Source: Macrostomum hystrix (lineage: Eukaryota > Animalia > Platyhelminthes). Taken from it: 64,000 nucleotides of DNA. A program made the position numbers and the translations under genes. Where the stretch lies: contig CATNEN010000007.1 of NCBI GenBank assembly GCA_950097015.1, positions 2,604,001-2,668,000 of the forward strand, written 5' to 3'. Below, in pieces: positions 24,495 to 38,274 of the stretch (position 1 is its first letter; each line of letters opens with the position of its first letter). The notes below the pieces were generated by a model. The model saw only the letters and a list, made by a program, of their open reading frames with translations. It was not told the origin of the DNA and did not search any database.

Positions 24495-24680
24495 AGCATT
24501 GTGCTGGTCAGAGCGTCGGATTCACGACTGAAAGGTCCGGTTTTCGATTCCCGACTCCACTGTAAGCGTTTGTCCTTTAGCAAGTTCACACAACTGTTAA
24601 ATGGATGCCAGCATTAGCTGGGATAACTGAGGTGGCGTCTCCCAGGCCATGGACTGAACAGCGATAAGCGATGACAGGGG
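24495..24680 (+). mobile_element. tRNA-derived SINE family B
   Basis: tggtcagagcgtcgga..ggttttcgattcccg head; 3' tctccc..ccatggactgaacag shared with the copy at 42095. Confidence 0.6.
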
Positions 24681-25609
24681 CAGATGACAACAATTTATAA
24701 TTTACAAATTTGCTGCTCCCAACTGCATTCCCTAAATTAATGAGGTAAAAAATCACTGATGCCAGTCAGACATGTCACATGATCGTCATAATCACATTCG
24801 CATCGCAATGTAACTATTCTTATGCATATATTAAAAGAAAAAAAATCAACAAATCAATGACTTAATAAGTAAATATTTAGTTCGAGCCACATTAGGGAAT
24901 ACAGCGGAGACCAAGATGCTAAGCCGTAATCAACTGGTTCGGGGAAGACAGGTATCGCAGTAACTGCGGGCAATCCGCCTCCTACAATGCGCCCAGCATT
25001 GATGGCGCGGTGCATTTATCCTGCCTCTCCCTTCTCTCCTGCCCTGCGCATGAATGACAATTCGCCTCCTGGTATCTGGGCCTTGAACCGCACTTCAGCA
25101 CTGTAAGCTGTCCCGATCCCCTGTCAGTGATAAGCGACTTTCTTATACTTTCTACGTTTGCTTTCGACTATAAGTGGGCGGTGGATGGGGCCAGCAGCAT
25201 GCGGCTGGCACACTGGAGTTAGGTAAAGTACAAAAACAAATATTCTACCTGACTAATCGAAACTTTTGGCTCCATGCGATTCCAGTGCATCCAGGTTTCT
25301 GTGGTCAAATTCAGATTTCTGGAGAGCTACTTTCAAAGTTGACAGCAACAGACGAAAGAAGCTGTCACCAATCATTGGACAAAGTCAGGGGCTTCAGCCT
25401 ACTAAGACTGTGTTAGCAGCTAATATCGTCTGACGTGCTACCTGGCAGCGCAGAGCTCAAGACGTCAACTTCAAGCTAGAAGAAGTGCTTAGGTGATGGT
25501 TTTAGCTCTTAAATTGAAGGACAAATATTTTGTTTTATTTGAGGTTCGTCAACCAATGTCACATATTCTTCAATGTTTTATTCAAAATTCTAGGCTAATA
25601 ATGCTAATA

Positions 25610-25870
25610 ATAGCAGGAGGGCAGCGGGCAGTCGCACGTCATTTGGTGACACTAGACCCGCAGCCGGCCAGGAGGCAGTTCGACCCGTTTCGCTGACTCC
25701 TGAGCACACACTCACACAGGTGTGTACATCTGCCCTGACTTTCTCATCGTCAGGTAGTGTACACTTTCACTGCGCCTAGGACGTAAATTGCACGACAAGC
25801 CCTTAAGCCTTCTCTCCGCGGCTGCGCCCCAAATGAATTCCGCGGCTGCGCCGCGGAATCGAGCCAAGGA
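25610..25870 (-). mobile_element. tRNA-derived SINE family A, 5'-truncated copy
   Basis: cactagacccgcagcc..cgctgactcctg..catctgccctgactttctcatcgtcagg..gcggaatcgagc, shared with 59425-59752. Confidence 0.75.
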
Positions 25871-27037
25871 CTACTGGACTAGATAAATAAGAAATAACGA
25901 AATAACGAATAAGAAATTCCTAATGGTCCTTGAATCGAGCTTAAAGATCTAGGCAAACGATCTTACATAAATTTTGTAAGCTAGAAAGAAAACAAAGAAA
26001 CAAAGTGTCCCTGAAACTGTTGGTCATTCAATTCGTATATTTTTACCCTCTTCGTATTCTTCGTTGTATTTCAGTTTTTGTGCTAGTATTAAATAAGTTT
26101 TATAGCCGGAGTCGGTGGCGCTGAAATAAATGGCTATATTAGTGCGAGAGGCACTGCAGAACTGCGATACGTGCACTAACCAACCGAGAATTTTTCAGCA
26201 AGATTGTCGTTGGTTTGCGGATGTCTGGTCCCAGCTGAACACTTGGCCGTGCGCGTACGAGTACAATTCTAATCTGTCTTGAGCCGCCCGTCCAGACTTG
26301 GCTGGGCCGGGCCCGACTTCTCCTTTCTTTTGAGCATGCCGCCAGCTGGGCCAGCTAGTGGGAGGAGAACTGCGAAGCGCGTGTGCGAAAAAGGTTGGAA
26401 AAAAGTGAGAAAAAAGACGATATCACCGACCTCCAGTTCTCTCCCCTTGCCCTCCGAAACCACAGCCTGAGCCTCCTCTTGCCCCCATTTTCATAGAAAT
26501 CGGATCCCAACCTCGGGCGCGGAACAGAGCCGGACCTTTCAAGGTTCTTTCGCTTCCCAACTTTTCAAGAGGGAAGCGATCGACTGCTCACTAGCCAGCT
26601 CACTCTTTGCCCCACAGTTTTTGCTCTGTTGGAGCCAGGCGTGGAGACCACAGTACGCACTCAAACGCGAACGCAGGCAAAGACATATGTAGCAGAATTT
26701 GCACTGCGCAAACGGCTTTCCTCAGAAGCGCGACAATTCCAAAGGGGGCGAGCGCTTTGGTTGGCTGCCAGATAGCTCCTTCCCAGCCCGAGAAGTCACT
26801 CCGCGCCCCAGGCCTCCATTCATTGGACCGCAGGCGATGCCCAGGGACTCTGCGGCGATCGTTTCTACAATGAGACTTGGACTGAGGTAGAGAGTAAGGG
26901 GATGAAAAAATGAAAGAAACAGGAAAAGCAGGACGAGTAAAAAGAACGAAAAAAAGTCAAGCAGCAAGCGGACAAGGAATCGTCGCAGCTAAAAACGCAT
27001 ATTCGTGCACTTGTCGTTGACTCGCTTCACTCCGCAG

Positions 27038-30000
27038 ATGCAGTACGCCCTGTCATCGCAGGACGCAATGTCATCAACCAGCTATTGCCTACCCAAGGCA
27101 GTGAGTGCCCTCGCGAACGCTTCAATGAATGGCACCGATGGAATGGTCGATGACGCGCTGTCTGTGTACGAAGTAGTTTTCTATGCCCTGCTTGCCACGG
27201 CAGCCAGCGCCGTGACTGCCTTCGGAAACCTCCTGGTGCTGGTGTCTTTCCGCATCGACCGGCAGCTGCAGACGGTTAGCAACTACTATCTTATGTCGCT
27301 GGCTGTTGCAGACCTTCTCATCGGCTTCGTATCGATGCCAATCTACACAACCTATCTGTTAGTCAGGAGATGGCCGTTCGGTGTCATTGTATGCAATCTC
27401 TACCTGTGTTTCGACTACACGATGTGCAACGCATCAGTAGCTAGTCTACTAATTATATCCATCGATAGGTACCGCTCGGTGACTAGTCCCTTAGTCTACC
27501 GGGCTCAGCGTACTCCTAAGCGAGCCCTAATCATGATCACCTGCGCCTGGGTCGTTTCTATCGTGTTGTGGAGCCCGTTTATTGTCTTGTCATCAGTCAC
27601 TAAGGAGGATATATCACCGGACGTGTGCCAGGTGGAGTTCATTAACAACAACCTCTTCCTGACATTCTTCACATCTATCATGGCCTTTTTCCTGCCCGTA
27701 ACCGTCATGACCATTCTGTATGTGCGCATCTTTCGCGAAACCAAAAAGCGCCAGCGAGAGCTGCAGAGCCTGCAAGGTGGTTGCGGAGGCGGCAGTAGTA
27801 GTGGTGGTGCTGGTGCCAGCGGATCCACAGCTGCGGCGTCCGCCGATGAATCTCGTAAGCGTCGCCGGCGGCGTCGCCGTTTTGATGTTTCTACCAGCGG
27901 CTCCCTGCTGCGTCGCTGTGTCCGCGGCCTCATTGACAGTGACGATGAAGCTGGAAGCGGCGACAATAACGATGGCGACAGTGGTGGCGGAGCCGGTGTC
28001 GCAACAACTGAAGAAGACGCCACAGAGGGCTGGGAGACGCTCCGTGAGGATCGTCCGGTGTCAACGCAGCACTTTCCTAGGTCAACCTCATACTTTCGAG
28101 TCAACTACCAAGCAGGACGACGAGGTCAACCGGCTGAGTCGTCGCTTACAACGCTGCCTGGCAGTGCAACCTGTGAGTGCGATTTTAGCAATCCGCCTCT
28201 GAATCATGTAGACCGTAACTTCTTGATATAGTCAGCTTATTCCACAGTATATTTATGCAATTTCTTTCTCCTACTATGAAAAATGCTTCAAATCAAGTCT
28301 TTCCGGTTGATGCCTTGCTTCCACTTCAAGTAAGCAAGTAAATGCTAAGAATCTTTGGCTAATGCGATTTCATTTGGCTCCTACGCCTCTAGTCGAAATC
28401 TATTCGTATGCAGCTCCTTGATCGCATTTGTTTTTGATGTTTCGCTCTTCTTAGCTAAGAACACTGGCTTGCATAAAACTTTGCATGAGCTCTGTGCAGG
28501 ATTCCCATGCACGAGATTTTCCTCAGTCTCTTTTGTACAGCTCGCCTTTCATGCAGTTGTCAGTAGGAGTGGAAGGTCAGGCACAGTCGAAGCGCTGATC
28601 ATGAAGCCAATGAAAACAGATGCGAGCTTACTTCAGCACTACGTTGAGTCGCATAGAAAAATCATCAACTTCATGCTGACCTCAAATAGTAATCAGACCC
28701 GACTTTTATATTCGAGATTGAAGCACTGGTTCTGGATTATGGTTATAATCACCCGGAGGACCCTCGGAAATCCTATTGTTCTTGGGACTAGGAAATTCGA
28801 TATGAAATTGTTTGAACGAAGCTACAAGCCATCCATTTGGTTCCGAGAAGATGAATTCGCAACCTTTTTCTCCCGCCGTAACAACAGATCCAGCTATAGA
28901 CGACCGAATCGAGGAGCTGGACGAACAGCAAGAGTCCATGACGTACGTTGTCTGGATCCGCCTGCCAGATTCCAGTGGTCAGACTCGCATTCAGCTGCGC
29001 TCAAAGCGTGCCGCTGCCTGCATTACTGCCAATTCCGGGCAGGGTCAGATCTTAACGAAGACGTGAGCGGCTTTTTTTTCTCTGTTGAGTTTCGATAAGC
29101 AAAAAATGAAACAGAACGTCTTTAACACGTTTAGGCTTCCAACAAGTCAAGCTTCGATTGGCGTTCCAAATTTGAGTGTCCAACAGCGTCAGCAGCAGCT
29201 AAGGCAAGCGCAGCAAGTAGCCCTTGTGGTCGCTAATGCTTCAGCCACAGCCGACGAAGGCTCAGCAGTCAATGCAGCCGATGTCGCCGCGGTTAGTCGC
29301 TTCGATAGCGCCAAGTCGAATGCGACAGCCGACAGCGGCATCGACAGCATCGGGTGCGCAAACGACGGCCCAGGCAGTCTTCGTGCTGTCAACTCAGCGT
29401 TAAAACAGCCACCGTCTTCTCGAAGACCGTCACAAGTCGAGCATCATCGGCAGCAGAAGCAGCAGCAAAACCAACATGGAGCACCCAAGAGCAGCAATAG
29501 CAGCAACAGCAGCAGCAAGAAGGAGTCCAAGAATGAGCAGAAGGCTGCCAAGACACTCAGCGCCATCCTGCTAGTGTTCATAATCACATGGATTCCGTAC
29601 AATGTGTTCACGCTGATCCGAGCCGTGTACAGGGCCAACTGCTCGGACGATCTGTTCAGACCGCTAATTCCGGACACTTTGTACAATTTCGGTGAGAAGG
29701 CTGGGGCAAAACACAAGCAAAGTCCATTAAGCAATCTTATCTAACTCAATAGCAGCAATACGAGCGTAGTTATCAGCATTCTATCTCTATATTGTTTTGG
29801 TTTTAAAAGGCGTACCAAACAAAATCTGTTCAGTCTTTTTAATTGAGCCTGCCATCCTATTTCAGAGCATGGCTAGCGACATAAACTCAAAGTCCTCATT
29901 AACTTCCAACTCTCTGGGCTGAGAAGCCAGCTAATCCTAACGGATAATATTGGAAAATGAACTTAAGCCAAGTATTTTCGCTTGGACTAAACATGGACTA

Positions 30001-33000
30001 AAGAGCAAAAGCATAGCGCAGTCCAACTGAGCTGACAATTTTATCAGACTTTAACTCAGGACATAAAAATCGAACCCAAACACATGAGTCCTTCAAAATC
30101 ATCGATAGGGTAACGAACGATCGCCCAGCTTAGTTCCGGAATTGCTAGCCTTGGCACATCTTCAGTTTACCATGCGATCCGATAGGAGTTGTTGTGGAAC
30201 GGGGTAACAATTTTAACAGTTGCATCATCAAACTCGATGTCAGCATTTGCGGTTCAGTTGAATTGTACTTTTGCGTAAACATAGTTTTTTTGGAAATCTG
30301 AAATTCAATGATAAGAATTGCATGATCGTCATAGTCACTTATCTAAAGCGTATTAAATTGCAAAAAAGCTTCAATTTTGCCTTCTAAATATCGAATTCTG
30401 AAGAAATCAAAGAGGAATTCAAGTCAAGCTTCACGAGAGTCGACATAGCTAGCTGCACTCTGACACGGAATCGACTAAGTTACTTATGAAATAATAGTAC
30501 ATTCGAACACTGGCTCATGTGCATCGTTCACTCGCCTCCAGACTTTACTATCAGAATAGCTAGTAGCGCTCATTAGAGGAACTCAAAAGCGATTTGCGCA
30601 GGATAAGTAAAAGAACCAAGCATTGGAAGGGGAAGAAATCATTTAACAAATTGTTCAGAGCCCTTTAAGCTTGACCATTTTCTACTCTTGCGCCGAGCAG
30701 CAAAGGAATCTAGTGGGCCCAATTCCCAGCAGTCGGCAAGTTTCAAGATGCAAAATGAATCAGAAAGACGCACCTGCGACCAGTCTCACGGTCTGCCCAC
30801 CGACGTCACTCCCTCCCCCCACTTGCTTTGCCACCCCTTGATCCATTCTGCCCCACCCAAGCTTCTGTTCTGTTCAATTCCGAAAATTCTTTAAGTATCA
30901 GTGCAGCACTGGGCAAGCCGGCTGCTAGGAAGAAATCAGGGGAAGGTGGACAGCTCTAATGCTCCGGTAACCTGGACTCTGGACAGAACTTAGTAGGTAA
31001 GCTATTATCTGGTGAATCTTCCACATGACGACAGAGCATTGGGCCTAAGGGTGCACTCGACTCCGGAGCTTTTTCTGCAGCTAATGCTATCTTTGGAGGG
31101 CTAGCTAGTGTGATAGCAGCTGTGCATAACACTGTCGCTGGAGCTGCGTGTCGTCTACTCATACAGCCAACTAGCTGCCATCTGCTCAACACCGTGTCAT
31201 CATCCTGATCTAAAAATGGCAGCTTGCGTCCAAGCTGTTGCCTGAAATGTTTCCGTTCAGTTCTCGAGTAAACCTCCATCGATTCTCTCGCGCACAGACC
31301 ATATGGAAAATTCATCTTCAAACATCCGCCACTGCATTGGGTGGACTGCAGAGAAAGGCTTTTCTTAGCCCTTTTTATTGTCTCCATTTCTTCATCACCT
31401 CAACACTGTCTCCTGATGATTGCTTTCCTCCGCGCAGCCTCCGTCTGCCTCCGCTGAGTCGAGGCGGGCTGTCTCAGACGACGTGAAGTTTAACTGAACC
31501 AAACCGGAAGCTGGTCTGCATGGATTTTTCAGTCTTTCGTTTCCTCGCACTACCGCGACACGCAGCTAGCCCAGATGGGACTCGCTCAGCTTCCGGTTTG
31601 ATGAGGCGAAGGATGAACTGAGCCTGCCCGCTGGAGTCTCGGGGTCTGCCAGTCTCCCACAATGGGAGAGACAGGCGCCGCTAAGTGTCCACACTGGCTC
31701 GCCTACACAGTTGGACTAAAAAAGTGATGAAGGCAAACAATATCCCGGTTATCGATCGCCTACTGCATGGGAAGCATTTTTTTCTAAAGCTACGACCCTG
31801 CGATGGGCACAAAAGATCTTCATTGATGCAACGATGAACTGCAGTGAAAGTGTCCTTTAATTTAAAGGACAGAAACTTGGAACAAAAAATCTTGCAAAAC
31901 TAGATTTCAATCTGTTCTGCAATTGCTTTTCTTCACATTTCTCTGCCCGAAGTAGAAGGTGGGAACCAGAAATGGGAGATGGCGAGATGGGAGAGGAAGA
32001 AGTGCCGGCTCGGCCTGCTCGCCAGTGTGATAACACTGCGGACCAGGCTCTGTGCAGATCCAGCTATTCCTTTGAAGAATAAGAAAATGCTGGCCAGGAG
32101 AATATATCCTCATGGGGATTTCGCAGCCTGCTGCAGATTTTCTCCTTAATATGCAGTTTTTTTGCAGGCGGGCAAGCTAAAACTCTGAACGCTCTCGGTT
32201 GGCCTGACCTGCGCTGTGCTGTTGTAGCCCACGTGCACCCCTGAAATACAAGAAAAGAGGATGATAGCTGGAAGGCCACGCGGCCTAGAGCACACTGGCC
32301 GGTTGTAAAAGGGGAAACGGTCCTATGGGGAGTGTCTCTGAAATGGTTTTCAAACAGTGTATAAACTCCACCTGAGCCCTGAGAAATCGGAAAATATTCA
32401 TGAATTCCGGAAAGAAAAAAGTTTGAGCATTTAGAGATATTTCTCCTGGACTCGAGACGGTCGGTAGGATTTCATGCACTTCATTAAGACCAACTGACCT
32501 CGAGAGAATAAGTTCCAATCGCAGTATTTCAACTTGCATACGGAGATGGACGGGCCACCCCGCCCCCCTTCCAGAAATGACTGAAGGCCTCTTAGCACTT
32601 TGTATTGGAGTGTGGGTGGGCAGAACTGCGACAGGCACCAACCAGCCAAGTCCCAAGTTCCCGCCTATCTATCCCATCCATTCACCCCAGCTTCCTCTGT
32701 GTAGCAAAGCCGTGTGCACCGTTTCGCTTTTCTATAGCCGCTTTTTCAGTCAGACACGCCCCGCGTCCGCCAATGCCCTCCCCCACGACACCGGGGCTCA
32801 GAGCCATCCTTCTGTGTCCTTTAGCCGCAGCCTTCGGTCTTTCATTGCCGCAGTCGTCACATTCCAGAATGGCTGAAACTATTTCTCTGCTGGTATTTTT
32901 TTACCAAAATCGCACCCGCCCTGTCCAAGTTTTCTGGGCAGTTCGCCTTTGAAAGTGCAAACATTTCTAAAGACTTTGTCAGCTTTCAAAAGCGCGCGAC

Positions 33001-33226
33001 TCTCTCTATACGCCAAACCGTTTTCACTTTAGGCTACTGGTTGTGCTACCTGAACTCCACAATGAATCCGGTCTGTTACGCATTGTGCAACGCCAATTTT
33101 CGTCGCACCTTCTGGAAGATTCTAACCTGCAAGAGTCGCAAACGCCGCACCCTGCGACATCTTGGCCAAGGTTTGTACAGCCACAGCCGCGTTGTACACG
33201 CGGTTGGAACGCGCCAGATGCGCTGA
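27038..33226 (+). CDS. Muscarinic acetylcholine receptor (G-protein-linked AChR, A-type-like), ~686 aa; exons 27038..28172, 28888..29062, 29135..29691, 33033..33226
   Basis: [44 protein letters not shown]3 Asp (FDYTMCNAS), [26 protein letters not shown] and [19 protein letters not shown] are muscarinic hallmarks. Splice phases 1/2/1 are consistent; total 2061 nt. N-terminal NAS and NGT sequons are present. Confidence 0.92.
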
Positions 33227-33331
33227 CCAATCAGAGCGAGGCGTTTTAGCCCCTGTCTAAAACCCCCAAACCCAAACCCCACATTTCCTTTCCATTCCTA
33301 CCCATATTGCATGCACATTGCGTGCACAGCC

Positions 33332-34032
33332 CATGGATGAATGAATAGAATGGATTGCTATTCTGGCTCTGGCTATTTTCGTTTTTGACTCTTTTGCATC
33401 CGGTTCCCCCCGTGCCTTTTCATTGGTCGATGATTGCCATAGACAATTTTCGGCCTTCGCCCCTTTCTTTCGATGCACAAACGCAAAGAACAGATTTTAT
33501 TGTAGACGAATCGACTCTCAAATCGTGCTTGTAGGTCTTCCCCCTTTATTTCAAAACACGAGCGAAAGCAACTGAGAATTTAAAGTAGACAAATCGACTG
33601 ATTCGTGCTTAGAAGCTTGTTTAGACGTTCTTTTGTTGTTTACTCACTGTTTATTTTACTTTTATCACTACCATGCCTAATGGCTCAAAGCGCTACTGTG
33701 CTGCACTAGAATGTCTATCCAAGTCAGGGATGCGGGACGACACTGGAGTGAATATCAGCTTCTTTTATTTTCCTGTCAAATCTCCACTTCAACTGACCGA
33801 ATGGATGAGCAATGTGAAGATGGCATCGCAGTTTGTCTTGACAAAGAGCTCAGTATTATGTTCTACATTCTCAGTTCTTTGCGCTTGTGCATCGAAAGAA
33901 AGGGGCGAAGGCCGAAAATTGTCTATGGCAATCATCAACCAATGAAAAGGCACGGGGGGGAACCGGATGCAAGAGTCAAAAACGAAAATAGCCAAAGCCA
34001 GAATAGCAATCCACTCTATTCATTCATCCATG
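33332..34032 (+). mobile_element. Non-autonomous P-superfamily (Galileo/foldback-like) DNA transposon, 701 bp, with a truncated THAP ORF (33673..~33865)
   Basis: Termini CATGG...CCATG; 8 bp TSD GCACAGCC at 33324-33331 and 33033-shifted right copy 34033-34040; ~170 bp terminal inverted repeats; MPNGSKRYCAALEC..FFYFP..W..LCS is a THAP C2CH pattern that lacks its His. Confidence 0.88.
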
Positions 34033-34734
34033 GCACAGCCCAACAAGCCCTGATCCTGTTCCAGCTGAGCTATTTTTACCCGGTTCCGGTTCCTTGCAGT
34101 TGCCTTGATTTCCTGTTGCTTCGCTGTGTCGTTTTTACCATAGCATGTACTTTAATTTTGTTTTCGTTGTTTACTATAGAGTTTTATAGCTAACCAAAAA
34201 ACTATGCAATAGCTAATTCATATAACTGTTTTACCATTTAACCATTTAACCTTTAACCATTTAACTATCCTCGTCTAACCGACCACACTTCTCATAGATA
34301 TTTATTTTCAAATAATGCACCGCTTGAGCTTTAGGTGTTTGACTTCGTGAAGACTGGGAACAAACTCGCCATATTTTGCTGTGTAATGACCTTGATAACC
34401 AATTAATATTGATTTTATAAATAGAGAAATGAACTTCCTGTTTCAATTATTGTGATGTTCACTGTCTTGACGTTTGCGGTGTTGGACTATTTTCATCCCT
34501 GCAGCTTTCTTGTGTTTGTTTATTTTTATTTTGCTTTATTTATTAGAATAGCGGTGGCAGTGCCTCTCGTATCAGCTGGTCTGATGTAACATTGCAGGAA
34601 TTGGTATTGCTAGTCAAATTCTGTTGTCTTTCATACCTCTATTGTAAAATTAATGCTCATTTTTCAGTGCCTGAGCTAGCTCTAAAAAAGTAAGCAAAAA
34701 ATACGAGAATAAATAAGAGAGTAGCAGGATAAGA

Positions 34735-35530
34735 AAAGGGACCAGGGAGAAGGAATAGGGACCAGGGAGAAGGAATAGGGATCAGGGAGAAGGAATAGGG
34801 ATCAGGGAGAAGGAATAGGGACCAGGGAGAAGGAATAGGGATCAGGGAGAAGGAATAGGGATCAGGGAGAAGGAATAGGGATCAGGGAGAAGGAATAGGG
34901 ATCAGGGAGAAGGAATAGGGACCAGGGAGAAGGAATAGGGATCAGGGAGAAGGAATAGGGATCAGGGAGAAGAAAAATGGATCAGGGAGAAGGAAAATGG
35001 ATCAGGGAGAAGGAATAAGGATCAGGGAGAAGGAAGAGGGATCAGGGAGAAGGAAAATGGATCAGGGAGAAGGAAGAGGGATCAGGGAGAAGGAAGAAGG
35101 ATCAGGGAGAAGGAATAGGGATCAGGGAGAAGGAAAAGGGATTATGAAGAAGGAAGAGGGATCAGGGAGATGGAAAAGGGATCAGGGAGATGGAAAAGGG
35201 ATCAGGGAGAAGGAAAAGGGATCAGGGAGATGGAAAAGGGATCAGAGAGAAGGAATAGGGATCAGGGAGAAGGAATGGGATCAGGGAGAAGGAATAGGGA
35301 TCAGGGAGAAGGAATAGGATCAGGGAGATGGAAAAGGGATCAGGGAGAAGGAAGAGGGATCAGGGAGAAGGAAGAGGGATCAGGGAGATGGAAAAGGGAT
35401 CAGGGAGAAGGAAAAGGGATCAGGGAGAAGGAATAGGGATCAGGGAGAAGGAATAGGATCAGGGAGATGGAAAAGGGATCAGGGAGAAGGAAAAGGGATC
35501 AGGGAGAAGGAAAAGGGATCAGGGAGAAGC
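34735..35530. repeat. 20 bp purine-rich minisatellite (gggatcagggagaaggaata)
   Basis: Tandem copies that degenerate toward the 3' end. Confidence 0.92.
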
Positions 35531-36379
35531 TGGAGTGACACTGAGAGTTGATCCCTTTAAGAGCAGGGGCTCTGCTCATAGAGCCAGTTCATTGCTTATA
35601 GCACGGTCAGTAACAAACCACCTAGCCTGGGATAATCCCCAATTAAATCCAGGGGGACGGAGACAGTGAAATGAAGAACTTCTGTCTGCCCACCAGCCTG
35701 CATTATCCGTGGCTTAATAGCTATATGCGTTTTCCGCAAACACAGGATCGGATTCACAGAATCAGTTGCTCTTCTAGACATTATTTTGTTGTCCCAACCG
35801 GAACCACCCCCTGTGGGGACCGGCTGCGGGTTCGCTTTTCAACATTTCCCAGGTTTATACAGTCTTAGAAATCATCTGCTTCTGGATCTTAGTCTCCATG
35901 CGCTGGGGGGGAGGCTGCTGTGATTGCAAGAATGCATCAAATGTGTTTCCAGCGGATAGCGCTGCCATGAACCACCAATTAAGGGGCAGGTGGCCTGCGG
36001 TGTAGGGCCAGACTCATGGTTCCGCGACAGACGGACGAGGGAGCCAACGGCTGTGGAAGGCGACGCAGACATTTGAAAGGAGAAAGTGGGCTTGACTGAT
36101 GACGGCAACAATGAAATTTTCTGTGCAACTGAAAAGGAGAAGTTCTATTGAAGCGGCCCAAACAAAGCTTGGCGCGAGGGATTTCAGTGCGATGCTTAAT
36201 TTTTAAATAACCAACCGGTCCCCACTTAGTTAATTTAAATTTGCATCCGCGAACCCAAGCAGCTGTTTATTATTCAAAGGCTGCTAGAGTGGATGGTAAA
36301 GGAATTGGCGCGCGTCTAAGACCCGAAAATGGCTAGGATAAACTGGCATAGGAGGCAGGATTGACTGGAGAGCTAGCTG

Positions 36380-37370
36380 AATAGGAAAGGGGTAGATTGG
36401 AGAGGGGTAGATTGGAGAGGGGTAGATTTGAGAGAGGGTAGATAGAAGAGAGGGGTAGATTGGAGAGAGGGTAGATAGAAGAGAGGGTAGATTGGAGTGG
36501 GGTAGAGTGGAGAGGGGTAGAGTGGAGAGGGGTAGAGTGGAGAGAGGGGTAGATTGGAGAGAGGGTAGATAGAAGAGAGGGTAGATTGGAGTGGGTATAG
36601 TGGAGAGGGGTAGAGTGGAGAGGGGTAGAGTGGATAGGGGTAGAGTGGAGAGGGGTAGAGTGGAGAGGGGTAGAGTGGAGAGAGGGGTAGATTGGAGAGA
36701 GGGTAGATAGAAGAGAGGGTAGATTGGAGTGGGGTAGAGTGGAGAGGGGTAGAGTGGAGAGGGGTAGAGTGGAGAGAGGGGTAGATTGGAGAGAGGGTAG
36801 ATAGAAGAGAGGGTAGATTGGAGTGGGTATAGTGGAGAGGGGTAGAGTGGAGAGGGGTAGAGTGGATAGGGGTAGAGTGGAGAGGGGTAGAGTGGAGAGG
36901 GGTAGAGTGGAGAGAGGGGTAGATTGGAGAGAGGGTAGATAGAAGAGAGGGTAGATTGGAGTGGGGTAGAGTGGAGAGGGGTAGAGTGGAGAGGGGTAGA
37001 GTGGAGAGGGGTAGAGTGGAGAGGGGTAGAGTGGAGAGAGGGGTAGATTGGAGAGAGGGTAGATAGAAGAAAGGGTAGATGGGAGTGGGGTAGAGTGGAG
37101 AGGGGTAGAGTGGATAGGGGTAGAGTGGAGAGGGGTAGAGTGGAGAGGGGTAGAGTGGAGAGGGGTAGAGTGGAGAGAGGGGTAGATTGGAGAGAGGGTA
37201 GATAGAAGAGAGGGTAGATTGGAGTGGGGTAGAGTGGAGAGGGGTAGAGTGGAGAGGGGTAGAGTGGAGAGGGGTAGAGTGGAGAGGGGTAGAGTGGAGA
37301 GGGGTAGAGTGGATAGGGGTAGAGTGGAGAGGGGTAGAGTGGAGAGAGGGGCAGATTGGAGAGAGGGACA
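36380..37370. repeat. 15-17 bp G-rich minisatellite (gagaggggtagagtg) with recurring higher-order blocks
   Basis: Tandem copies; the gatagaagagagggtagattggagt variant recurs at intervals. Confidence 0.92.
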
Positions 37371-38274
37371 GATGAGAGGCTAAAGTTACAATGCCATAGA
37401 TGATATAGAATATAGAATATTGAGATAATAGAGATGATATAGAATATAGCTGCTCAAGATTACGTGGCGGTAAGCTTGAGCAGCTGTAGTTAAGAACAAT
37501 TAATTTTCAGTGCAGTCGGGCCCGCTAGCTTATTACGCAGGTCGAATTCCTTCCTAAATTCCGTCTCGTTTACGATGTGGGCGAATCTCGGCCTACTGGC
37601 TGCAGTCTCTAATCGGTGGCATTTGCGCTGACAAAAAGAGAAAAAGGTCCGAAGCGAAGGAGACTGAAAGCAGGGACTGCAGGCAATTAAAGCTCCGATT
37701 CTCTGTTTGCAGCGGCTTCTGTTTTCTTTGCGCCTTGGGTAGCTGGCCACGCTAACTTGCCACGGAAATCATCTTGGCTCCTCTCTTCAATTCTGCGCGC
37801 TGGCGGGGTTTAAAACTTTCTTAGAAACTCGGCAGAGCTTCGACAGTGTCGGCAAGCTGGCAAGCTTGAGTGACGTGTTCTTTGTTAAAATCTTCTGGCT
37901 TCTGCTCATGTGAGCATTGGCTCTCTACCAGATCCCTGCCCCAGGGACCTGCCAAGCAAGCGGCGCTTTGGCTGCCTGCTGATGGCAAGTCAGTGTCGAT
38001 CAGGCGGGTCATGCGTCAAATTCTCAGGTGACTCGCGTCAGCCGCATGCCGAAGCTGCCAGACCGCTCCACTGACCCGTCACTGCGTGGCTCGGGGCTTG
38101 TCTGCCCTCCCCCGCGTTTTCTCTGATTATTTGCTGGCACTTTCTTTGCAGTCTGCGTTTTGCCTGACCTTATGCCTGACTTAAGCAATTCAAAAAAACA
38201 TTTTCCTCTCCTTCCCTCACCTCCATCCCTCACTGACTCTCCATTTCTCTCATAACCACATCTCTCCCAGCCTC

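Noticed and set aside
28355-28887. 247 aa ORF 28355..29098
   Set aside because: Lies mostly in receptor intron 1 and overlaps exon 2 in another frame; non-ATG start and no motif.
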